Made by a program: the position numbers and the translations under genes
Shown: piece by piece, positions 29,766 through 42,600 of the stretch
How the letters are laid out: each line of letters starts with the position of its first letter
Numbering within the stretch: the stretch's first letter is position 1
Notes under the pieces: model-generated
Databases searched by the model: none
What the model was told of the DNA's origin: nothing
What the model saw: the letters and a program-made list of their open reading frames with translations, nothing else
Source: the human T2T-CHM13v2.0 reference genome, Homo sapiens
NCBI RefSeq assembly: GCF_009914755.1
Contig: NC_060937.1
Direction: 5' to 3' (one strand)
DNA length: 64,000 nucleotides

Positions 29766-30620
29766 GGAACACTCTCTTTGTAGAATCTGCAAGTGGACAT
29801 TTGGAGCGCTTTGAGGCCTATGGTGGATAACAAAATATCTTCATATGATAACTTGACAGAAGCATTCTAAGAAACTTCTTTGTGATGTATGTACTCGTCC
29901 CACAGAGTTGAACCTTTCTATTGATTTAGCAGTCTGGAAGCACTCTTTTTGTAAAATCTGCAAGTGGACATTTTGTGCACTTTTAGGCCTATGGTAAAAA
30001 GGAAATATCTTCACATAAAAACCAGACAGAAGCATTTTGACAACCTTCTTTGCAATATGTGCATTCGTATCACAGAGTTGAGCCTTAATTTGATTTAGCA
30101 GTTTTGAAGCACCCTTTTGATAATACCTGTGATTGGACATTTGGAGTGCTTTGATGCCTTTGGTGGAAAAGGAAATATCTTCACATAAGAACTAGACAGA
30201 CGCATTCTGACAAACTTCTTTGTGATGTGTGCATTCATCTCAGAGAGTTGAACATTTATTTTGATTGAACAGCTTTGAAAACCTCTTTTGTGGAATCTGC
30301 AAGTGGACATTGGGAGTGCTTTGAGGCCTATGGTAGAAAAGGAAATATCTTCACATAAAAACTAGACAGAAGCATTCTGACAAACATCTTTGTGATGTGT
30401 GCATTCATCTCACAGAGTTGAACCTAACTTTTGATTGAGCAGTTTGGAAACACTCTTTTTGTAGAATCTACAAGTGGACATTTAGAGTGCTTTGAGGCCT
30501 ATGGTGGATAAAGAAATATCATCACACAAAATATAGACAGAAGCAATCTTGGAAATTTATTTGTGATGTGTGCATTCATCTCACAGAGTTAAACCTTTCT
30601 TTTGATTGAGCAGTTTTGAA
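29766..30620 (+). repeat. Alpha satellite, class-2-like; 5' flank of L1 copy 1, paralogous to 56520-57550
   Basis: TGGACATTT and CTAGACAG monomers; reverse complement matches 57550 leftwards, including rare variants (GGTGGATAACAAAAT, CTGTGATTGGAC, GCAATCTTGGAAATTT). Confidence 0.9.
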
Positions 30621-33600
30621 ACACTCTTTCTGTAGAATCTGCAAGTGGATATTCGGAGTGCTTTGTGGCCTATGGTGGAAAAGGTAATATCTTCACATAA
30701 AAACTACGCAGAAGCATTCTAAGAAAGTTCTTTGTGATGTGTGCATTCAACTCTAAGATTTGAACCTATCTTTTGACTGGGCAGTTTTGAAACACTCTTT
30801 TTGTAGAATCTGCAAGGGGATATTTAGAGCGATTCGAGGCCTATTGTGGAAAAGGAAATATCTTCACATAAAAACTACAGAAAAGCATTCTACGAAAGTT
30901 CTTTGTGATGTGTGCATTCAATTCTCAGAGTTGAACCTATCTTTTGATAGAGCAGTTTTGAAACTCTCTTTTTGTAGAATTTGCAAGTGGATATTTGGAT
31001 TCCTTTGTGGCCTACGGTGGAAAAGGAAATATCTTAACATAAAAACTACACAGAAGCATTCTGAGAAACTACCTTGTGATGTGTGAATTCACATCACAGT
31101 GTTTAACATTTCTTTTGATTGTGCAGTTTGGAAACACTCTTTTACTAGTATCTGCAAGTGGATATTTCGAGCCCTTGTAGGCCTATTGTGGAAAAGGAAA
31201 TATCTTCACATAAAAACTACACAGAAGCATTTTGAGAAACTCCTGTGTGATGTGTGAATTCATCTTACAGACTTGAACCTGTCTTTTGATTGAGCAGTTT
31301 TGAAACACTCTTTTTATAGACTCTGCAAGTGGATATTTGCATCACTTTGAGGCCTATGGTGGAAAAGGAAATATCTTCCCAAAAAACCTACACAGAAGCA
31401 TTCTCAGAAACTTCTTTGTGATGTGTGCATTCATCTTACAGAGTTGAAACTTTCTTTTGATTGAGCAGTTTAGAAACACTCTTTCATAGAATCTGCAAGT
31501 GGATACTTGGAGCGTTTTGAGGCCCATGGTGGAAAAGGAAATATCTTCCCATAAAAACTACAAAGAAGCATTCTGAGAAACTTCTTTATGATATGTGCAT
31601 TGAACGCAAAGAGTTGAACCTATCTTCTGATACAGCAATTTTTAAAATCACTTTTTATAGAATCTGGAAGTGGATATTTGGAGCGTTTTGTATCCTATGG
31701 TGGAAAAGGAAATATCTTTCCATAAATGCTACACAGAAGTACTCGGAGTAACTACTTTGTGATGTGTGCATTCAACTCATAGAGCTGAACCTATCTTTTG
31801 ATAGAGCAGTTTTGAAAATCTCTTTTTGTAGAATCAGCAAGTGCATATTTGGAAACCTTTGCAGGCTATGGTGGAAAACTAAATATCTTCTTATAAAAAC
31901 TTCACAGAAGCATTCTGAGAAACTTTTTTGTGATGTATGCATTCATCTCATGGAGTTGAACCTCTCTTTCAATTGAGAAGTTTGGAAACACTCTTTTTGT
32001 GGAATCTGCAAATGGATATATGGAGGGCTTGAGGCCTATTGTGGAAAAGGAAATATCTTCCCATGAAAACTACACAGAGGCATTCTGAGAAACTTCCTTG
32101 TGAGGTGTACATTCAACTCACCGATTTGAACCTTTCTTTGGATTTAGCAGTTTGGAAACACTCTTTTTGTAGAATCTGCAAGTAGTTATTTTGATCGATT
32201 TGGAGCCTATGTGGGAAAGGAAATATCTTCACATAAAAACTACACAGAAATATTCTGAGAAATTTCTTTGTGATGTGTGCATTCACCTCACAGAGTTGAG
32301 CCTATCCTTTGATAAAGTAGTTTTGAAACTCTCTTTTTGTAGGATCTGCAAGTGGATATTTGGAGCCTTTTGCATCCTACGTAGGAAAAGCAAATATCTT
32401 CACATAAAAACTACACAGAATCATTCTGAGAAACTTCTTTGTGATGTGTGCATTCAACTCACAGAGATGAACTTTTCTTTTGATAGAGCAGTTTTCAAAC
32501 TCTCTCTTTGTAGAATCTGCAAGTGGATATTTGGAGCCCTTTGCAGCCTAGGTAGGAAAAGGAAATATTTTCACATCAAAACTACATAGAAGCATTCTGA
32601 AAAACTTCTTTGTGATGTGTGCATTCAGCTCACAGAGTTGAACTTATCTTTTCACAGAGCAGGTTTAGAACTCTCCTTTTGTATAATCTGGAAGTAGATA
32701 TTTGGAGGGCTTTGAGGCCTGTGGTGGAAAAGGAAATATCTTCAGATAAAAACTACACATAAGCATTCTGAGAAAGTTCTCTGTTATGTGTGCATACGTC
32801 TCACAGAGTTGAAGATATCTTTTACATATAGCAGTTTTGAAAATTTCTTTTTGTAGAATCTGCAAGTGGATATTTGGAGTCCTTTGCAGCCTACGGTGGA
32901 AAACGAAATATCTTCACATAAAAACTACACAGAAGCCTTCTGAGAAACTTCTTTGTGATGTGTCCACTCATCTCACAGAGTTGAACCTTTCATTTGATAG
33001 AGCGGTTTTGAAACACTTTTTTTGCAGAATCTACAAGTGGATATTGGGAACGCATTGAGGCTTATGGTGGAAAAGGAACTATCTTCACATAAAAACTACA
33101 CAGAAGCATTCTGAGAAACTTCTTTGTGATGTGTGCATTCATCTCACAGAGATGAACCTATCTTTTCATAGAGCAGTTTTGAAACTCTCTTTCTGTAGAA
33201 TCTGCGACTGGATATTTGGAGCCCTTAGCGGCCTATGGTGGAAAAGGAATTATCTTCACATAAAAACTACACAGTATCATTCTGAGAAACTTGTTTGTGA
33301 TGTGTGCATTCATCTCACAGATTTGAACCCTTCCATCTTTTGAGCAGTTTGTACACCCTCTTTTTGTAAAATCTACAAGTGGATATATGGAGCGCTTTGA
33401 GGCCTATTGTGGAAAAGGAAATACCTTCACATAAAAACTACACAGAAGCATTCTGAGAAACTTCTTTTTGATGTGTGCATTCATCTCACAGAGTTGAACA
33501 TTTCATGTGATTGAGCAGCTTTGAAACACTCTTTTTGTAAAATCTGCAAGTGGGTATTTGCAGCACTTTGAGGCCTATTTTGGAAAAGGAAATATCTTCC

Positions 33601-36600
33601 CATAAAAACTACATAGAAACATTCTCAGAAACTTCTTTGTGTTATCTGCATGTATGTAGAGAGTTGAACCTTTCATTTGATTTAGCAGTTTGCAAACACT
33701 CTTTTAGTAGAATCTGCAAGTAGATATTTGAAGCCCTTGGGGCCTATTATGGAAAAGGAAATATCTTCACATAAAAACTATGCAAAAGCGTTCTGAGAAA
33801 CTTCATTGTGATGTGTGCATTCACTTAACAGAGTTGAACCTTTCTTTGAATTAAGCAGTTTTGAAACACTCTTTCTGTAGAATCTGCAAGTGGATATTCA
33901 GAGTGCTTTGTGGCCTACGGTGGAAAAGGTAATATCTTCACATAAAAACTATGCAAAGCATTCTAAGAAAGTTCTTTGTGATGTGTGCATTCAACTCTCA
34001 GAGTTGAACATATTTTTTGATAGAGCAGTTTTGAAACTCTCTTTTTGTAGAATTTGAAGGGGATATTTGGATTCCTTTGTGGCCTATTGTGGAAAAGGAA
34101 ATATCTTAACATAAAAAATATACAGAAGCATTCTGAGAAACTTCTTTGTGATGTGTGCATTCATCTCACAGAGTTGAACCTATCTTTTGATAAAGCAGTT
34201 TTGAAACTCTCTTTTTGTAGAATCTGCAAATGGATATTTGGAGCCCTTCGCAGCCTGTGGTGGAAAAGGAAATATCTTAACATAAAAAGTACACAGAAGC
34301 ATTCTGAGAAACTTCTTTGTGATGTGTGCATTCATATCATAGTGTTGAACATTTCATTTGTTTGTGCAGTTTGGAAACATTCTTTTACTAGTATCTGCAA
34401 GTGGATATTTCGAGCTATTTTAGGCCTATTGTGGAAAAGGAAACATCTTCACATATAAACTACACAGAAGCATTTTGAGAAACTCCTGTGTGAAGTGTGA
34501 ATTCACCTCATGGACTTGAACCTTTCTTTGAATTAAGCAGTTTTGAAACACTCTTTCTGTAGAATCTGCAAGTGGATATTTGGAGCACTTTGAGGCCAAT
34601 GGTGGAAAAGGAAATATCTTAACATAAAGACTACACAGAAGAATTCTGAGAAGTTCTTTGTGATGTTTGCATTCAACACACAGAGTTGAACATATCTTTT
34701 GATAGAGCAGTTTTGAAACTCTCTTTTTGTGGAATCTGCAAGTCGATATTTGGAGCACTTTGTGGCCCATTGTGGAAAAGGAAATATCTTCACATAAAAA
34801 CTACATAGAAGCATTCTGAGAAACTAATTTGTGATGTGTGCACTTATCTCACATAGTTGAACCTTTCATTTGATACAGCGGTTTTGAAACACTCTTTTTG
34901 CAGAATCTGCAAGTGGATATTGGGAGCGCATTGAGGCCTATGGTGGAAAAGGAACTATCTTCACATGAAAACTACACAGAAGCATTCTGAGAAACTTCTT
35001 CGTGATTTGTGCGTTCTTCTCACAGAAATGAACCTATCTTTTGATAGAGCAGTTTTGAAACTCTCTTTTTGTAGAATCTGCGAGTGGATATTTGGAGCCC
35101 TTAGAGGCTTATGGTGGAAAAGGAAAAGGAATTATCTTCACATAAAAACTACACAGTATCATTCTGAGAAACTTGTTTGTGATGTGTGCATTCGTCTCAC
35201 AGAGTGGAAAATTTCATTTGAATGAGCAGTTTTGAAAAACTCTTTTTGTAGAATCTGCAAGTGGATATTTGGAGGGCTTAAAGGCCTAATGTTGAAAAGG
35301 AAATATCTTCACATTAAATCTACAGAGAAGCATTCAGAGAATCTTCTTTCTGTTGTGTGCTTTGATCTCACAGTGTTGAACCTGTCTTTTATTCAGAAGT
35401 TTGGAAACAGTCTTTTTGCAGAATCTATAAGTGTATATTTGGAGCACTTTGAGGGCTATGGTGGAGATTGAAATGCCTTCAAATAAAAACTGCACAATAG
35501 CCTTCTCAGAAAATTCTTTGTGATGTGTGCATTCAACTCACAGAGTTAAACCTATCTTCTGTTAGAGCAGTTTTGAAACTCTATTTTTTTGGAGTTTGCA
35601 AGTGGATATTTGGAGCTCTTTGAGGCCTATGGTGGAAAAGGAAATATATTCACATAAAAACTACTCAGAAGCATTCTCAGAAAGTGCTTTGTGATGTGTG
35701 TATTCATCTCACAGAGTTGAACCTTTCTTTTGATTGAGCAATTTTGAAACACTGTTTTTGTAGAATCTGCAAGTGGGTATTTTGAGCGCTTTGAGGCCTA
35801 TAGTGGAAAAGGAAATGTCTTCACAAAAAATCTACGCAGAAGAATTCTCAGAAACTTTTTTGTGATATGTACATTCATCTCACAGTGTTGAATCTTTCTT
35901 TTGATTGGGCAGTTTGGAAACACACTTTTTGTAGAATCTGTAAGTGGATATTTAGAGTGCTTTGAGGCCTATGTTGGAAAAGGAAATATCTTCCCCTAAA
36001 AACGACACAGAAGCATTCCGAGAATCTTCTTATTGATGTGTGAATTGAACTCACAGAGTTGAACCCATCTTTAGATAGAGCAGTTTTGAAACTCTCTTTT
36101 TGTAGAATCCGCAAGTGAATATTTGGAGCCCTTTGTGGGCGATGGTGGAAAAGGAAATATCTTCACATAAAAATTACACAGAAGCATTCTGAGAAATTTT
36201 TTTGTGATGTGTGCATTCAAATCACAGTGTTGATCCTATCTTTTGATACAGCAGTTTTGAAACTCTCTTTTTGTAGAATCTTCAAGTGGATATTTGAAGC
36301 CCTTTGTGGGCTAAGGTGGAAAAAATATCTTCACATAAACACTACATAGAAGCATTCTGACGAACTTTTTTGTGTTGTTTGCATTCAACTCACAGTGTTG
36401 AACTAGTCTCTTGATAGAGCAGTTTAGAAACACATTTTTTGTAGAATCTGCAAGTGGATGTTTGGAGTGCTTTGAGTCCTGTTGTGGAAAAGGCAATATC
36501 TTCACATAAAAACTACACAGTAGCATTCTGAGAAACTTCTTTGTAATGTGTGCATTCAACTGACAGAGTTGCAGCTGTCTTTTGGTGGAGCAGTTTTGAA

Positions 36601-39600
36601 ACTCCCTTTTTGTAGGATCTGCAAGTGGATATCTGGATCCCTTTACAACCTTCTGTGGAAAAATAAATATCTTCACATAAAAGCTACTCAGAAGCATTCT
36701 GAGAAACTTCTTATTGATGTGTGCTTTCATCTCAGAGAATTGAATATTTCTTTTGATGAGCAGTTTGGAATCACAGTTTTTGTAGAATCTGCAAGTAGAT
36801 ATTTGGAGCGCTTTGTGTCCTATGGTGGAAAAGGAAATATCTTCAGATAAAAACTAAACAGAAGCATTCAGAGAAATTTCTTTGTCATGTGTGCATTCAT
36901 CTCACAGGGTTGAAACTTTCTTTTGATTGAGCAGTTTTGAAACAATCTTTATGTACAATCTGCAAGTGGATACTTGGAGAGCTTTGAGGCCTATGGTGGA
37001 AAAGAAAATATCTTTTCTAAAAACTACACAGAAACTTTCAGAGAAACTTCTTTGTGATGTGTGCATTCATCTAAAGTGTTGAAGGTTTCCTTTGATTGAG
37101 CAGTTTTGAAACACTCTTTTTGTAGAATGTGCAAGTGGATATTTGGAGCGATTTGGAGCCTATTGTGGAAATTGAAATATCTTCCCATAAATCTACACAG
37201 AAGCATTCTGAGAAACTTCTTTTTGATGTGTGCATTCAACTCAGAGTTGAAACTATCTTTTGATTGAGCAGTTTAGAATCTTTATGTAGAATCTGCAAGT
37301 GGATATTTGGAGCCCTATGAGCCCTATGGTGGAAAAGGAAATGTCTTCAAATACAAAATACACAGAAGCATTCAGAGAAACTTCTTTGTGATGAGTGCCT
37401 TCATCACACAGACTTGAACCTTTCTTTGGATTGAGTAGTTTTGAAAGACTCTTTTCGTAGAATCTGCAAGTGAATATTTGGAGGGCTTTGAGGCTTATTT
37501 TGGAGAAGGAGATATTTTCATATAAAAACTACACAGAAGCATTCTGAGAAACATCTTTGTGATGTGTGCATTCAAGTCACGGAGGTGAACCTATCTTTTG
37601 ATGGAGCAGTTTTGAATCTCTCTTCTTGTAGATTCTGAAAGTAGATATTTGGAGCACTTTGAGGTCTACTGTGGAAAATCAAATATCTTCACATAAGAAC
37701 TACACAAAAGGATTCTGAAAAACTATTTTGTGATGTGTGCATTCAACTCACAGAGTTGAACTTATCTTTTGAATGAGGAGATTTGAAACTCTCCTTTTGC
37801 AGAATCTGCAAGTGGACATTTGAAGCCCTTTGAGGCTTACTATAAAAAAGCAAGTATCTTCACATAAGAATTAAACAGAAGCATTCTGAGAAACTACTTT
37901 GTGATGTGTGCATTCAACTCACAGAGTTGAACCTATCTTTTGATTGAGCAGTTTAAAATATTTTTTTTTGTAGAATCAGCAAGTGGATATTTGGAGCCCT
38001 TTGCTACCTTTGGTGGAAAAGGAAATACCTTCAAATAAAAACTACATAGAAGCATTCTGAAAAATTTCTTGGTGATGTGTGCATTCTTCTCACAGGGTTG
38101 AACCTATCTAATGACTGAGCAGTCTTGAAACACTCATTTTGTAGAAACTGCAAGTGGATATTTGGTGCGCTTTGAGGGCTTCGTGGAAAAGCAAATATCT
38201 TCACATAAAAACTACACAGAAGCATTCTGAGAAACTTCTGCGTGATGTGTGCATTCATCTCACAGTGTTGGACGTTTCTTTTGATTGAGCAGTTTTGAAA
38301 CACTCTTTTTGTAGAATCTGCAAGTGGATATTTGGAGCGCTTTGAGGCCTAATGTGGAAAATCAAATATCTTCACATAAAAACTACACAGAGGCATTCTG
38401 AGAAACTTCTTTGTTTTGTGTGCATTCAACTCACATAGTTGAAGTTATCTTTTGATTGAGATGCTTTGAATCTCCTTTTTGCAAAATCTGCACGTGGATA
38501 TTTGGAGCCCTATTTCACCCTATAGTGGAAAAGCAGATATCTTCACATAAACAAACACTACACAGAAGCATTCAGAGAAAGTTCTTTGTGATGTGTGCAT
38601 TGAACATGCAGAATTGAAACTATCTTTTCATTGTACAGTTTTGAATATCTCTTTTTGTAGAATCTGCAAGTGGAAGTTTGGAGCTCTTTGCACCCTGTGG
38701 TGTAGAAGTAAATATGTTCATATAAAAACTACACAGAAGCATTCAGAGAGACTTCTTTGTGATGAATGCATTCCTCACACAGAGTTTAATCTTTCTTTTT
38801 ATTGAGTACTATTGAAATCTTCTTTTTGCAGAATCATCAAGTGGATATTTGGAGAGCTTTGAGGCCTGTTTTGGAAAAGGAAATATCTTCAAATTAAAAC
38901 TACACAGAAGCATTCTGAGAAACTTCTGTGGGATGTGTGCATTCAGCTCTCAGAGTTGAACCTATCTTATGATTGAGCAGTTTGGAAACACTCTTTTTGT
39001 AGAATCTGCAAGTGGATACTTAGAGCGATTTGAGGTCTACTGTGGAAAAGGAAATATCTTCACATAAAAACAACACAGAAGCACTCTGAGAAACTTCTTT
39101 GTGATGTGTGAATTCAACTCACAGAGCTGAACCTATCTTTTGATGGAGTAGTTTAGAATCTCTCTTTTTTTAGAATCTGCAAGTGGATATTTGGAGTGCT
39201 TTGAGACCTACTGTGGAAAAGCAAATATCTTCACATAAAAACTAGACAGAAGCATTCTGAGATACATCTTTGTGATGTGTGCATTCATCTCATAGTGTTA
39301 AACCTTTCTTTTGATGGTTCAGTTTTGAAACACTCTTTTTGTAGAATCTGGAAGTGGATATTGGGAGCCCTTTGAGGCCTATGGTGGAAAAGGAAATATC
39401 TTCAAATAAAAACTACACAGAAGCATTCTGAGAAACTTCTTTGTGATGTGTACATTCATCTCACAGAGTTGAAACTTTCTTTTGATTGAGCAGTTTTGAA
39501 ACACCACTTTTGTAGAATCTGGAAGTTGATATTTGCAGGGCTTTGAGGTCTATTTTGGAAAAGAAAATATCTTCACTTAAAAACTACGCAGAAATATTGT

Positions 39601-42600
39601 GAGAAACTTCTTTGTTAAGTGTGCATTCAACTCACAGAGTTGAACCTATCTTTTGATTGAGCAGTTTTGAATCTCTCATTTTGCAGAATCTGCAAATGGA
39701 TATTTGGAGCCCTTTGCTATCTATGGTGGAAAAGGAAATACCTTCAAACAAAAACTACACAGAGGCATTCTGAGAAACTTCTTTGTGATTGTGCATTCAA
39801 CTCAAAAAGTTAAACCTATCTTATGATTGACCAGTTTGGGAACACTCTTTTCATAGGATCTGCAAGTGGATATTTGGCGTCCTTTGAGGTCTATCGTGGA
39901 AAAGCAAATAACTTCAGATAAAAACTATACAGAAGCATTCTGAGAAACTTCTTTGTGATGTGTGCATTGATCTCACAAAGTTGAAACTTTATTTTGATTG
40001 AGCAGTTTTGAAACACTCTTTTTGTAGAATCTGCAAGTGGATAATTGGGGAGATTTGAGGAATATTGTGGAAAAGCAAATATCTTCCGATAAAAACTACA
40101 CAGAAGCCTTCTGAGAAACATCTTTGTGAGGTTTGCATTCAACTCACAGAGTAGAAGCTATCTTTTGATTGAGGAGTTTTGAATCTCTCTTTTTTCAGAA
40201 TCTGCAAGTGGATATTTGGAGCGCTTTGAGGCCTACTTTTGAAAATCAAATATCTTCCCTTAAAAACTACACAGAAGCATTCTCAGAAATTGTTTGTCAT
40301 GTGTGCTTCCTAATCACCGAGTTGAACCTATCTTGTGATTGAGCAGTTTTGAATCTCCCTTTTTGTAGAATCTACAAGTGGATATTTTTAGTCCTTTGTA
40401 GACTGTGGTGGAAAAGAAATTATCTTGAAATCAATTCTACACAGAAGCATTCAGACAAACTTCTTTGTGATGAGTGCATTCGTCACACAGAGTTGATCCT
40501 TTCCTTTGATTGAGCAACTCTGAAACACTCTTTTAGAGGGTCTGCAAGTGGATATTTTAGAGCTTTGGGACAATTGTGGAAAAGTAAATATCTTCACATA
40601 AAAACTACACAGAAGCATTCTGAGAAACTTCTTTGTGAGATGTGCATTCAACTCACAGAGTTGAACCTATCTTTTCATTGAGCAGTTTTGAATCTCTCTT
40701 TTTGTAGACTCTGCTTGCGGATATTTGGAGAGCTTTGAGGCCTATTGTGGAAAAGGAAATATCTTCACATAAAAACACACAGAAGCGTTCTGAGAAACTT
40801 CTTTGTGAGGTGTGCATTCAACCACAGAGTTGAACCTATCTTTTGATTGAGCAGTTTTGAATCTCTCTTTTTGTAGAAGCTGCATGTGGCTATTTGGAGA
40901 CGTTTGTGGCCTATGGTGGAAAAGGAAATACCTTCAAATAAAAACTAGACAGAAGCATTCTGAGAAACTTCTTTGTGAGGTGTGCATTCAACCACAGAGT
41001 TAAACCTATCTTTTGATTGAGCAGTTTTGAATCTCTCTTTTTGTACCATCTGCAAGTGGATATTTGGAGCCCTTTGTGGTCTATGGTGGAAAAGGAACTA
41101 TCCTCAAATAAAAACTACACAGAAGTATTCTGAGAAACTTCTTCGTGATGTGTGCATTCATCTCACAGAGTTGAACCTTTGTTTTGCTTGAGCAGTTTTG
41201 AGACCATCTTTCCATAGGATCTGGAAGTGAATATTTGGAGGGCTTTGAGATCTATTTTGGAGAAGGAGATATCTTCATATAAAAACTATACAGAAGCATT
41301 CTGAGAAACATCTTTGTGAGGTGTGCACTGAAGTCACAGAGTTAAAACTACCTTTTGATTCAGCAGTTTTGAATCTCTCTTTTTGCAGAATCTGTGAGTG
41401 AATATTTGGAGCGCTTTGTGGCCTACTGTGGAAAACCAAATATCTTCACATAAAAACTACACAGAAGCATTCTGAGAAACTTCTTTGTGATGTGGTCTTT
41501 CAACTAATAGAGTTGAACCTATCTTTCGATTGAGCAGTTTTGAATCTCTCTTTTTGCAGAATCTGCAAGTGGATATTTGGAGAACTTTGAGGTCTACTGT
41601 GGAAAATCAAATATCTTCCCATAAAAACTGCACAGAAGCATTCTGAGAAACTTCTTTGTCATACGTACATTCACAGGGTTGATCCTATTTTATTATTGAG
41701 CACTTTTGAAACACTCTTTTTGTAGAATCTGCAAGTGAATATTTGGAGCTCATTGGGGCCTACTGTGGAAAAACCAATATCTTCACATAAAAACTACACA
41801 GAAGCATTCTGAGAAACTTCTTTGTGATGTGTGCATTCAACACACAGACTCGAACATATTTTTTGGTTGAACAGTTTCGAATCTCTCTTTTTGCAGAATC
41901 TGCAAGTGGATATTTGGAGAGATTTGGGGCTGATTTTGGAAAAGGAAATATCTTCATTAAAAAACTACACAGAAGCATTCTGAGAAACTTCTTTGTGAGG
42001 TGTGCATTTAACTCGCAGAGTTGAACTAATCTTTTCATTGAGTACTTTTGAATCTCTCTTTTTGTAGAATCTGCAAGTGGATATTTGGAGCCCTTAGTGC
42101 CCTATGGTGGAAAAGAAAATATCTTCACATAAATAGTACACAGAAGAATTCAGAGAAAATTTTTTGTGATTAATTCATTCCTCAAACAGGGTTGAACCTT
42201 TCTTTTTATTGAGCAGTTTTGAAACGCCCTTTTTGCAGAATCAATTTGGAGAGTTTTGAGGCCTATTGTGGAAAGATATATCCTAAAATAAAAAATACAC
42301 AGAAGCATTCTGAGAAACTTCATTGTTTTGTGTGCATTCAACTCACAGAGTTGAACCTATCTATTGATTGAGCAGTTTTGAAAAACTCTTTTTGTAGAAA
42401 CTGCAAGTGGATATTTGGAGCCCTTTGTGCCCTGTGGTGGAAAAGGAAATATCTTCGAATAAAAACTACACAGAAGCATTCAAAGAAACTTCCTTGTGAA
42501 GTGTGCATTCATCTCACAGAGTTGAACTTTTCTTTTGATTGAGCAGTTTTGAAACACTCTTTCTGTAGAATCGGCAAGTGGATATTTGGAGCTATTTGAG

